Shown here: piece after piece, positions 52,041 through 64,000 of the stretch
How positions within the stretch are numbered: the stretch's first letter is position 1
Layout of the letters: each line of letters opens with the position of its first letter
NCBI GenBank assembly: GCA_030264375.1
Contig: JASCQW010000154.1
Coordinates: 4,182,691 to 4,246,690 of the forward strand
Direction of reading: 5' to 3'
Source: Carcharhinus longimanus
Taxonomy: Eukaryota
Length of the DNA stretch: 64,000 nucleotides
Position numbers and translations under genes: made by a program
The notes under the pieces: generated by a model
Databases searched by the model: none
Seen by the model: the letters and a program-made list of their open reading frames with translations, nothing else
What the model was told of the DNA's origin: nothing

Positions 52041-54654
52041 ATCTCTTCATTTATATACTTTATTGACACGAAGCTTCCAAATAAATCAAGGGTGAATTTT
52101 AAAGAATAGTGTGGCTGCAAAGTGTCGCGGTGGTATTTCAATCACGCTTCGTACAAATGAATTCATTCCGGCGCATGCAAAGCGGAATATTTCCATTTTA
52201 ATATAGGCGACAAATGCTGATTCTAAACAACGACACAACCGTGGTCAAATCGTACACTACAATCAGAATTTGGACACATAGAGAATGCACTTTGTACACA
52301 ATTAGCAGAGCGGAACCACTCTATACCGGACATAATGCATGATATTAAAATAGGAAATGCTGGATATGCCCAATAGGTTCGGAAACAGTTAAGTTTCAGG
52401 TCGATGACTTGTCCTCAGAACAGGTCTGAAACTGAACTGCTGATTATTTCTATAATTAGCTATTTTTCAGCATCCGCGGTGTTTTACTTTAATTTCACAC
52501 GGTAGCCTTGGCTAGGACACTCCAATATTTCCTCCGTGAATTGGTTTTAAATAGTCAGCGAACACCTTCCCTGAGTAAAATCCATCACCTCGGCAAACTA
52601 CAAACTCTGACTTTGTGCTGTCATATCACATAATAGCAAATATTCGAAAAATAGTTTTAGATAATGCTTGTAATTAATTAAAACATATATCCAGAAGGAA
52701 ACTGAACAATATATGACTTTTGTGCTCCTTTGCAGAACGTATTCTACACTTATCCGATTATTATCAGTTTTCTCCGAATGAAAAGGATTCACATCCCCAA
52801 TATTTTTATTTGTCGCATCTAGATTTAATTACATAATCTCTTTATGCTAAAATCAACAGTTAAAATAACAACTTAAATACAACTTTCTCCGGAATAGCTA
52901 AACTCAGGAACATTGCAGCGTGAGTTTCTGTGCAATCCTCAGAGTTTAAAACGGAAGAGATTAATCAGCGGATTAGTCAATTGTGCGGAATTTCGGAGAG
53001 GGAGGAAACAATTCAATAAAACAGACTAACATGACTGCACTTCAAAACTGGGCAGAACTGGCTGCAAGGCCATACCATCCAGGTTAAATGGAGTAACAAA
53101 ATAATTGAATGCTATTCATTGCAAGGATATTCCCAGATACCGAGATGTCCGTCTACTGTCGAGCACAACGTCGCCTTTACCGTCAATTACTCAAAACCTC
53201 TTCTTTCTTTAGGTTGAACAGAGGCAATCAGTATTCCTACAGAAACTTTAAAAGTATATGCTAAGAAAACTGAATGAAACAGCTGACGTTTCGTTCAAAG
53301 TTATCGAAATAATACAGTGACCAAGCCATAACAATGGGAAACACAGAATGTCATACTGCTTTTTCCGTTTCACTTTAAGTATTGGAAATGGATTCACGTC
53401 GTTCTACTTTTGAAGGGATCTCTAGGCACTGCATTCAAGTAAGGTCAATAAAATACTCAGTGATTCATATGAAAGAATGTTTGCAGGCTATTTATAGAAA
53501 AAAAGGTATAAAAAAAAGCTCTGTCACTTTACTAAAAAGAGTTAAAGTTCTTTTATTTCAAAATACCTTACCGCAGGAGCTGGAATACACAATGCAGAAA
53601 AGACAAGCTTATTAATATGAACAGAGTGAGACGTTGCCTTCGAAAAATATGATTGCTGAAGTGTTGCTCGTAAGACAACTGAGGTGTTAAACAAATGTGC
53701 AAAATACATAGCTGAGCAGAAGGATTAAAGTCTGGGAGGACTTTTCAGAACGAGACATTACGGTTAGTAATATCTTAAAGGTGCCCTATTGAGGGTTTGA
53801 CGATTTGTGAACATTAATATACTTTCTCCTCTGAAACTTTCGGATGGAATAGAACAATGGCATTATTTTAGTTAGTTTCAATCCATTGCTTGACAGAGCG
53901 TATATCTCAAAATGCCTACAAATTACACACACATCGAGGCCATAGGTTTGACAGGTGCAGCAGCTGGTATGGAGTCTTTTCTGTGAATGGAGGCTTGTGA
54001 TGTTTAGATAGATCGTAGGGAACCTGCACATTCCGCTCTGCTTCATTTCCGAGTGAGGGGGCATGTTAAAGTTCGATATTGATATTATCCTTCAGGCATA
54101 CGAATTTACAATCCTAATCTTCATTTTCGAAAACTCCTTGTACTCTGAAGAGATGTTGATATTAAATACTTGTAAGTAGCCAGACCTTTAGTGTTCACTT
54201 TATTTGTTTCGTGCACATACTTGTCCAACTCCACAGTGAAATTCATCACTTTTTTTATTTATTGAGATGTTTTTCAATGAATCTTCTGTGTTTGAGAGAA
54301 TTGATTAAGCAAATGTAAACGCAAATAAATAAATTGTTGACCCTTTAAAGTGAAGTGCGTGATATTTGATTACATCTATTGCAAAAGATGCTGAGATAGC
54401 CGACCATTGTTTTAAAACACATACAGATTGTCCGGTTATTCTCTGTGTTTCAGTGAGCAGTCCGCTTGATTGGCATCCCATTCACCACCAGCATCATTTG
54501 AAACAGAGATGACTGGCCCTGAGTTTATGGACCATCCCTTCAAGCCTAAGAGTTATGTAAATATGTGCATTATTTTTAAAGATAAGGACAGAAAAAATAT
54601 AAAACAAATGTTTCCCTTTGACCATAATAAATATACCGTTAAAAAAACATAGGC

Positions 54655-55215
54655 CCTCTGCACAACCTCCCAAGCCCGTCACCTCTTCCACCTAGAAGGG
54701 CAAGGAGAGCAGATACACGCGAACACCACTACTTGCAAGTTCCCCTGCAAGCCACACACCACCCTGACGTGGAAATATACCGCCGCTCCTTCACTGCCGC
54801 TGGGTCAAAATTTTGGAGCTCCCTCCCAAGCATCACTGTGGATTGCAGCGATCCAAGAAGGCTGCTCACCACCACCTTAAAGTCTATTTGTTAGTCACAA
54901 GTAGTGACAAGTGCAATGAAGTTACTGTGAAAATCCCCGAGTCGCCACACTCCGGCACCTGTTCAGGTACACTGAGGGAGAATTTAGCATGGTCGATTCA
55001 CCTAGCCTGCACGATTTTTGATTGTGTGGCCAGAGCACAGACACAGAGAGAATGTGCAAACTCCACACAATGACCCAAGCCGGGGATTGAACTCAGGTCC
55101 TGGCACTGTGAGACAGTAGTGCTAACCACAGTGCCACTTCTCAAGAGCAATTAGGGTTAAGCAATAAATACCATTCTAGCCAGCGAAGACTGCATCCCCA
55201 GAATTAATAAAAATG
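54655..55215 (+). mobile_element. LINE tail interrupted by a minus-strand HE1-type SINE (54880-55137)
   Basis: The tail sequence CACCACCACCTT|CTCAAG.GCAATTAGG resumes after the SINE. Confidence 0.85.
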
Positions 55216-58200
55216 AAAAGAAAATCACTTTCACCCCCATTTTGTTGTCTGCTTCAATGGCTTAATTGCAAAAATTGATTCGGTTTGTGTATTCCAGATG
55301 AAGGTTAAATGATGTTTGGCTCTGATAGCAAGAGCCTACTGACCTGGCTATGTACATGAAATCTTCAAACAAAAACAGATATGGCGTTATCCGCTGAAGC
55401 ACAAACCAACAAGGGTAGCGCAAGATAACACTGAAATAGCTAAACTGCTGCTCAAATAACAGCGTACCATTCAGTTTTGACAATGGCATTGCTGGGGTTA
55501 GTCTGACGCTCATGCAAAAACAAAATAATGCGAATAGTGGAAATCTGAATAAGAAAGAGTAAATGCTAAAAATATTTAGCAGATTATGAAGCATCTATGG
55601 AGAAGTTCATGCTGCACTCCAGGAGCACATTCCGTCCTTTAGGAATCAAGTAGGATGTCAGAGTCTCCTGTTGGATCCATGGCAGCGGTAGTCAGAGCTA
55701 TTATGGAGAAGAGCATCAAGGGGGGGGAAATGTCAGAGAAGGAGAAAGAGGGTGAAGTTTAAAAAAGTAAGATTAATGGGGCTGAGGATGCTATTGGAGG
55801 ATACTCCAATAGCAGGTGGGTTACTGGATGACAGCCAGCATCCGTGAGTATCGGTGGTGGAGGTGAGGGCGCCTCAGTGATTAAAATAGGGCAGAGTGTT
55901 TCTCAGAATTGGGAGACGGGAGCCTGCCTCCGGTCGATGGGTCGAGAGAAGCACAAAGGATGCGTGTGGATTGAATGGAATGGAGGGAAGAACTGAACGT
56001 AGGGGTCAGGTGAGAAGGTATCGTTGTTGAACAGGTAGGGGTTAGAGAAGAAAGCCACCGTGAGCAAGACAGCGATTGTTCAGGTAACTTCTGTAGAAAT
56101 TATGCTGATTAATATGATTAATTTGGACGAAATTGTATATTTTGTCCATGCTTGGAGTGTGGGTCACATTTGGAGGCAATGTTATCATTTCAAATTGTGT
56201 GCCTGCACTAAGTATGTCGGCACACATTTAGAGAATGCGGCCTTGGATGATGTCCAACAGTGTGACGGGAATGGGGTGGAGAAGAGGAGGAGGAGGATTG
56301 ATGAGAGAAGGTCAACGTTTACAGGATATGGGAACGAGCAAAACCAGCTTTATTTTTTGCTGCATGTAGAAGAGAAAATGTCACCTGAAAATTACACGAT
56401 AATACGATTTTAAAAATTTCTCTGTGTGTTTGTCCAAAACAATTGACATATAAATGGTATCCTTTATTTTCTATCAACTTTGACCTTTTTCATTGCTCTT
56501 TCAATATTTCTAATTATTTTATTTTCTACCTTTCGTTCTTATTTTTCCCACTGCTAGTAACCTAGTAACTCCCTGNNNNNNNNNNCTGCACAGGGAGTGT
56601 GTACTTGACATAACAGCACATATTTACTCTAAATACTTTAACATTTACAGAATCTTTGTTTTCTGTCCTATAGTCATGAATTAATTCCATTTGACTACAT
56701 GATCCACCGTAATGGAGCTTTTCTTTTCATTGAGAGATCTGATTGGCGGGAAAAGAGCGCAAGCTTTTTGGTGTTGGCGCCATTTTATTCAGATTGAGGA
56801 GGAAAGCCAGGTCGCATGCTCAACGGCAAACCTGCTAACTCATGGCAAACTGGGTTTGCAAACCTATCGTTTAGTAGCATAAAGACTCGGAGTTTCTCAC
56901 CAAGACCAAGCTTCCAGAAATTGGACTAAAATAAGGTCAATGGTCTGAAAGTGATTATAGTGAAACCAGTAAGAAAGAAGAGTATCATTGGCTCCTGTCA
57001 AGCTTGGTTAGTGGCTGCTTTTAAACGACAAGATAATATCATATTGAGAGATGGAGAGACTATAAGAAATTTCAGATCCGAGGACAGGATTACAGATCTA
57101 TGCCTAAGGCGAACATAGGGACAATATACTTAAAATCTCTTCCACGTGTTCAAATTTCTGCACGCCCTCGTCCCTCAGTAACTCTGTCACTCCCTCCAAG
57201 CCTGCAGAATTCGGCTTTCCTCCAAATTTAGATTTTCATCGTTCTAACATTTGTGTCTTCCGCTGTCTAGACATTAAGCACTGAAACTGACTCTATCCCT
57301 CTCCACCTCTCGACCCATCTCTCCTAATTCAAAAAGCGCCTTAAAACCGCCCTCATCCACTGTACTTTGGCTAGCTATCTTGTTGTCTCTGTATGTGGCT
57401 CCTGTTTCTTTTCTACTCGAATGCCCCTATGAAATGTCTAATGAAGTTTCACTCCGTTAAAGACACTATATTTTAAGAGGAAAGATAAAGCTTGAGAGAG
57501 ATATTTCACAGTAGAATCAAGAGCACAAAAATAATGAAGGGTTTTGCGAAGTGTCACAACAGTGGTCACAGAAAGATGTGTTGAGATTAACTTGTGTTTC
57601 TAGACAGTGGTTCCTCCCACTATTGATCTGAGCGAACTGCAGTTGGATTTTCAAGAGGGCTTAGGTCGGTTATATGCCTGTAGACTTGGCCATTCCAGAT
57701 TTTTAGCAAGTCTTGATCATGGCATGATGACGTGGGCACGCAAAGACGTCAAGTAGACTAAACAGTTGAATGTGTAGAGATGGGAGTGGATATCCCAATG
57801 GGACAAAATAACGCCGCCCCAGACAGAAACATATAAATGCTTCCGAGACTTTTGATCTCGCCGTTCAACATTCAAGTTCGTAAAAACACAAGTTACACGG
57901 CCACATGTAAAGCTGAAATTCCGATATCTGCTTTTGCACCTCTGCCAAGAAAGCGAATTTACTTCCTGCCGACCTCATGTAATTATGGCTTTAAATATAT
58001 AATGGCGTTTAATTCCCATGTACAGTAAATGTATCAAAAAAGCAAACAATTTTCACAGTACACTTTTGAGAGAGGACAGAGGCAAGCCAGACTAGGAATG
58101 AAAAACACTCCAAAAATCTTACAAAGCATTACTTTTAAAAGCTATTTTATAAAGTAGAAGTTGAAAATGAAATGGACAGTTTGTGTTGCCTTTACGGCTG

Positions 58201-58419
58201 TCAACTCAGAGTGGTCGGGCTTTGGGAAATGTTCCCGAAGCTAGCCAGGATTCTGAGCTTGGCCTCCATCCCTAGCTACACTGTCTTGGTGATTTTGCTT
58301 CAGGACAGCAAAGTGACAGGTATATTGTTTGATAACGGCATTAACGATTTGATTATTTGTTTAATATTTATTATTAAAAAGCATCAGTAAATTAGATGGA
58401 ATATTCTGCCGAAACAAAT

Positions 58420-58535
58420 GTAGTAAGAAGTGTCACAACACCACGTTAAAGTCACCAGATTAACACCAGGTTAAAGTGTTGTGAGACTTCTTACTGTATT
58501 TACCCCAGTCCAACGCCGGCATCTCCACTTCATGG
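58420..58535. mobile_element. Penelope-like inverted terminal remnant
   Basis: GTAAGAAGTGTCACAACAC...GTGTTGTGAGACTTCTTAC inverted repeat; the right part is the reverse complement of 13750-13810. Confidence 0.6.
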
Positions 58536-58734
58536 AAACAAGTATATGCAAATATTAAGACTAAATCTAAAACATTTAATATTTTCTACAGAGATACTCT
58601 GTATCGATCATAGTTAGGAGTCACAATTTATACAAACGGCAGACAAGTAAAGGTACAACTTGAAAATCTTTGCCTTACAGACCATTTATTCATATAATCC
58701 TATAACTATAGCATAGTTAATGATAAATCCAATA

Positions 58735-58945
58735 AAGAATTCAAGAAAAACTTGTTCACCCAGAGAGCGGGTATAATGTGGGACTCGCTACCAGGTTAAA
58801 GCGAATAGAATAGACGCATTTAAGAGACAATCAGATTAGTACATGAAGGGGAAAAAAATCGAAGGGGAAAATGAAATAGGGCAGGTTTGTTTGGGGCATG
58901 GATACCAGCATGGGTTCTTTGGGCCGAATGGCCTGTTTGTGCTCA
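58735..58945 (+). mobile_element. CR1 3' tail
   Basis: TTCACCCAGAGAG..TGTGGGACTCGCTACC..TTGGGCCGAATGGCCTGTTT. Confidence 0.75.
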
Positions 58946-61499
58946 GCGATCCGATATAATTAGCTGGACCATTCTAAAGTTAAAAGGGTTGAGAATATTA
59001 AAACTCATTTTAGTTTTTACATAAACAATACGAATGTACTGCACAGAATAGTAATACATTATGTGAATCAAGTTAAGGCATGTTTCTTGAAACGTGATAA
59101 CATTTTCTAAAATTATCAGTTTTATTTTCTTTTTATTCAAGAGGTAAGGCCGGAAATCTGAAATAGGCAGAGATCCGATTCTGAAGTTCGAACAAAAATG
59201 TCAACCGCAAACTTTTTTTAACAGTCGACTGGCTTATCCTTGAGGTTACAGTCCTTAACACCTACTCGATTTAGTCTGGCGAATTGTGCTGGTATCCCTC
59301 AGGTAAAAAGCACTGACTGATCTGATCTGACCTGACCTATCCATTCTGCATAAATTAATGAAAAATAAAAATTTTCAGACAGTTGGCTCGAAACCAGACA
59401 AGGATGATAACCAGCAGAATGGAGAATACTAGCTCGATTTTAAATACATAAAATATTCGTTTATATCCGGTATTTTAAAAAATTGCAGATATATTGTATC
59501 ATTATGCCCATCAATTAAAATCAACAAACGTGAAACTTGTGTTTAATATTAGAATATACCTCAATTTGGAGATACTGAGATTTTTCTTTAGTATTCCCGA
59601 TTCCCCAAAAGAGAAGGGGATTATTTTTGGTGTCCAATCTCTTCCTAGAATTATAAAAAAAAGAAAAGTGTTTCTCATGCAGAATTTGTATGAAAACTTT
59701 AAATGGAATCTGAGTTCGCGCATCTTTAGAGCTAAATTGTCAATCAGCAGAACTTTACGGAGAGTGGAATGTTCACTTGTAAGACAATATAAATATTTAA
59801 CAAAGCTATTGCACTACCTCGGCAGATCTTAACGGGTGCAGGTAGCTACAGCATAATTCAGCATAAGATGCTTTGAACGGAAGGGCTGGTGAAGCAAATT
59901 CAGGAGAGGGTACCAAGCAGCAACAGTCGACCGACTGGAGTTATTATATTGTAATTTAAGACGTGCAATGAATAATTTAATCATCATTTTTACTTCTTCT
60001 GGGTTAATCATCATACCAATTCGTCGAGAATGAGCCTACTAACAAAAATGCTTTCTTTTGTACGTAACTGTTCAAAATGTTCTAATACACAGGCAAAGTT
60101 ACAACAAAAATTCCTTCTGGAAACAGCTGCAGAGCGAAATAATACGACAAAATAATAGTCTAAATCGGAACCAAAAGCTACCCTACTACCTGTTCCTAAC
60201 ATCATTTATTTTAAAACGTAGGCAAGCATCTAGCATCTGTGTTAAAACTCTACTGTTCAATGAGATAAATGGGTTCGGGATTTCACTGTACTTTCTACAT
60301 AGAGGAAGTCGATTTAGTACAAATGAGATAAAAAGTTGTCATCTTGCATTGGATATAATAACAGGTGTTCTTGAGACAGGGCCACATTTCTCCAGTTGTA
60401 ATATGGATCTAGACCTTCTTTGTGAGTTTCTTACTGCCTACATTGATATGTCAGATTTACACAATTACCTTCAGACCATACAACAACAGCAATACAGTGC
60501 TAACCTCAAGTTTCCCCACAACTATTATTATTTCACGGCATCAGCTTATACTTTTATTGGCGGGGTCCAATGTTGAAACTCATCATTTCAACAGAGAAGA
60601 CCAGAGAAAATTGAAGAAAGGAAATAAATCACTTTAATTTCACCTGACGTTAAACCTTTGAAAATATAAACTCGGATGGTTTTCATATTTTAGCAAAGGT
60701 TCAAAGATAAATTTTCCGAAATTATTGGAAGTAATGTGATGGATTCATCCTTTTCCTGACGTGCACCTATAAATCGGTATATATTGCAAGTGGGCTCTTT
60801 AATGGGAACCGACAGGACACATTTAGATTAATATCACTGTGTAGATGATGGTCATGTGAAAACGAAAGATTCCTGATCGTAATGCTTCTCTTTCAGGTTA
60901 ATTCTTGTTCATGCTAACCAACCTGTGAGAATTTCTCTCCCTTCTCAAAATAAACTGCATGACCACCTATCTATTCAATAACAGCTCCCATGCGTCAAAC
61001 ACCCGCCCCTACCCCATCCCCACCCACCCCCAAAAAAGCAGTCTGGATGGCGGCGTATTTATACTTAATTAATACTTAGCTGATGGAACTCAAAAAGAAC
61101 TGTTCCCGTGTTCACTTCAGGTTTGGCACCCCTATAGCTTAAGCATCTCTAACCCCCAATCTAAGGTACAGAGGATTCATTTGGCAGTGGATGCTGTAAA
61201 ATTACAATGTAAACACCAAAGTGGTCACTTTTGAACAGGTTTATTATTCACCAAAAGCAAAATGATGAATACATGTCAGAAAAACAGAAGAGGTTAGGTC
61301 AGGTAACGTTAACTAAGACAGAAAGGTATGGTTAACCTGTCAAGTCCATGGCCATTCATGAGAACATAGCTTTCCTCCAAGAGGGATAACGTTCTAGGAA
61401 TTAACATTAACTTTCTGATCCCTCTGGTTGACTGCAGCTTTAGGCAGAGTGTGAAATTTGGTGAGAGTGGGAAGGAGATATTGCTTTGCTTCTGCAATT

Positions 61500-63480
61500 T
61501 TGGAATTGGATTCTGCTGTTTAACAGGGGAGGAGGTGAGCTGTTGGTGAGTGTCTGTTGCATATCCAGCAGTTGGTAATAAGATTAATTAATATCTAAAA
61601 GAAAATAAACAGCTGAATAAAATAATTAAGTAATTAGTAAAAGTGTGATAGGACAGATGATCTATCATGCAGTATCTGGGCCCTTATGGATATTGGTGTT
61701 ATCCAGGGTACTGAGTGTCTGCAGCTCGAGGAGCTTCAGTTCATTGCCATTGAACTGGAGGCTGAGCTGCAGACACTCCGACACATCAGGGAAGGGGAGA
61801 GTTGCTTGGATGCTTTGTTTCAGGGGATGGTCACTCCCCTTAGTATAGAATCTTCTGGTTTGGAAAGTGGTCAAGGATAGAAGGGTGTGACTGCAGATAA
61901 GGCAGAAAAGGCAGGTAAGGAGATACAGAGGGCAAGAGTGCAGATTGTCAGCTAGTGCAATTGGCCAATGGGTTTAAGGTTCTCTCAGTCTGTTTGGATG
62001 AGTGTGGGGCAGCAGAGTGGATGAGCTGATTGACCACAGCATTGTGGTACAGGAAGCCAATCAAGTGGGGATAAATTAGAAGGTAGCAGTGGTAAAGGGC
62101 AGTAAAGTGAGGGGGATAGACACTGTTCTCTGTAACAAGGAATGAGAGTCCAGATGGATGCGTTGCTTGCCCAGTGCCAGGGTTCAGGACTTCTGCTCTG
62201 GGCTGGAGAGGAACTTGCAGTGGAGGGGGAAGATCCCATTGTCGTGCTCCATGTAGTTTCAAACACCACAGGTAGAATGAGCCAGACACTACATTAAACA
62301 ACAGAACCTTCAAGGTTATAATCTCTAGATTATTACCTGAGCCAAGTGCATATTGGCACAGAGTACATAAATTCTCCCGCAGCGTAACCGAACAGGCGGC
62401 GGCTAGGGGATTTTCACAGTAACTTCATTGCATTGTTAATTAAGCCTATTTGTGACACTAATAAATAAATAAACTGAAATTAGAGAGATTAATACATGGC
62501 TCAAAGACTGGTGTAGGAGAAGTGGGTTTCAGTTCGTGGGGCACTGGCATCAGTAGTAAAGAGAGTGGGGTCTGTACCGTTGGGACAGCCTACGTCTGAG
62601 CCATGCTGACCAGTGTTCTTGCAAACTGCATAAGCATGGAAGTTGAGACGTCTTAAACTAAATAGAACAGGGATGGTTCTGCAGAGAGAATATGTAGGCT
62701 TATAAAGTAAAAGGATACGGAAATGTTACTTAGATATTAATACCAAAGTGTTACAGGAAGAGACAGTGTGTACAAACATCAGAAACAACAATGAATGGTA
62801 TCAAAAAGGGACATAATTGTAACAAGGCAAAATTAATGGCCCTTTACTCAAATGCACACAGTATTCAGCACAAACTGAATAAAAAAGGCGCAAATTAAGG
62901 TTAATGGATATGATCTTGTAACCATCATACAGCTATGTTTACAATACGATTAACGCTAGAAACTAAATATTCAGGAACATGTGACTTTCATGAAGGCAGT
63001 TAGGAAGGAAATGATTGTGGGGTAGTTTCATTAGTACGAGATGGAAGATTGATGGAGTGTATTTGGGGCAATTCCCTAGAACAATATATTTTGAATGCAA
63101 TAAGTATCAGTCTCTTTTGGATCTGGTAATGTGTAATGAGGCAGGTTTAATAAACAATCTCATGTCAAGATCCTCTAACAAACAGTGACCATAACATGGT
63201 AGAATTAGAAAGTGAGAAACTTGGGTTCGAAACAATTGTGCTACACCTAAACAAGGATAATTATAAATGAATGAAGGCAGAGATGGCTGGAGTGCATTGG
63301 AAAAGGAGTTTAGAAGACAAGATAGTTGATCAGCAATGGCAAGTGCTTATGAAAATTGTTCACAACGCACATGAAAGAGAAATCTCAGTGAGGAAGAAGA
63401 CTTCTAGGAGGGGGATAAATCAACCATGGCTAACCATGGAAGTTAAGGATAGTATTAAACTGAAAGAAAAGAACATATAG
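61500..63480 (+). mobile_element. CR1 LINE 5' portion (degenerate ORF1 and start of ORF2), with a SINE piece at ~62376-62470
   Basis: ECLQLEELQF..ELEAELQTLRHIREGE (ORF1 leucine zipper), CLPSARVQD (esterase-like), ALYSNAHSI (endonuclease start), QPWLTMEVKDSIKLKEK. Confidence 0.8.
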
Positions 63481-63794
63481 GCTGTGATTTTACCTGCTCA
63501 CCCTGCCCATCAAGGTCTGTGCCTGATTTTTTGGCTCTTGCAATCTTACTGGCACCGAATATCCAGGGTGATCAGCCTCTTGCCTATTTCCAGTTAGAGA
63601 CTGAATATATTACCTAAATCTATTCAAATCTTCATTTACACGTGTTTGGCAAGGCCACTGCCACTCTGCATGCGACCTGTGATGGGGGGTGGGGACATTG
63701 GGAATGAATTCGTCTGGGTGGTGAGGGGTGACTGACAGGAGTGATATTTCCAGGTGGTGTGGGACAAACAACTCACTGGAGGGGGAAATTCCAC

Positions 63795-63985
63795 AAACCC
63801 ACAGTCCGAAGATGTGCTAGTCAGGTAGATTGGCCCAACTAAATTGCCTCTTAGTGTCCCGGGATGCGTAGGTTAGAGGGATTAGTGAGTAAGCGTGTGG
63901 GGTTATGGGAATAGGACCTGGGTGGGATGTTGTTGGTGCAGACTTGATGAGCGAAATGGCCTCCTTCTGCACTGTGGGGTCTCAA
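63795..63985 (+). mobile_element. HE1-type SINE 3' part
   Basis: CCCACAGTCCGAAGATGTGC..AAATTGCCTCTTAGTGTCC..GAAATGGCCTCCTTCTGCACTGT. Confidence 0.8.
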
Positions 63986-64000
63986 TGGTATCCCCAGCCT

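Noticed and set aside
59380-59405. Minus-strand VWFRAN as a homeobox helix 3
   Set aside because: Only WF matches.

Overview
AT-rich vertebrate genomic DNA, most likely a shark/elasmobranch judging by HE1/V-SINE, DeuSINE, CR1/L2-clade LINE and Penelope-like repeats. It is a draft assembly with seven N-gaps. The only intact protein-coding gene is a two-exon HoxB13 on the minus strand (29316-28647 joined to 28206-27959, 305 aa), so the window is the 5' (posterior) end of a HoxB cluster. The gene sits in a ~15 kb domain almost free of recognisable transposons, flanked by repeat-rich DNA. Main leads: (1) a possible degenerate split-homeobox HoxB14 relic ~13.5 kb upstream; (2) several DR0 nuclear-receptor (Nr6a1/GCNF-type) elements bracketing HoxB13; (3) an Arg5->Met change in the homeodomain N-terminal arm; (4) a uORF whose stop overlaps the start codon, and a NAGNAG acceptor; (5) minimal hammerhead ribozyme motifs in Penelope-like fragments. 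Repeat family names and boundaries were read by eye and are approximate.
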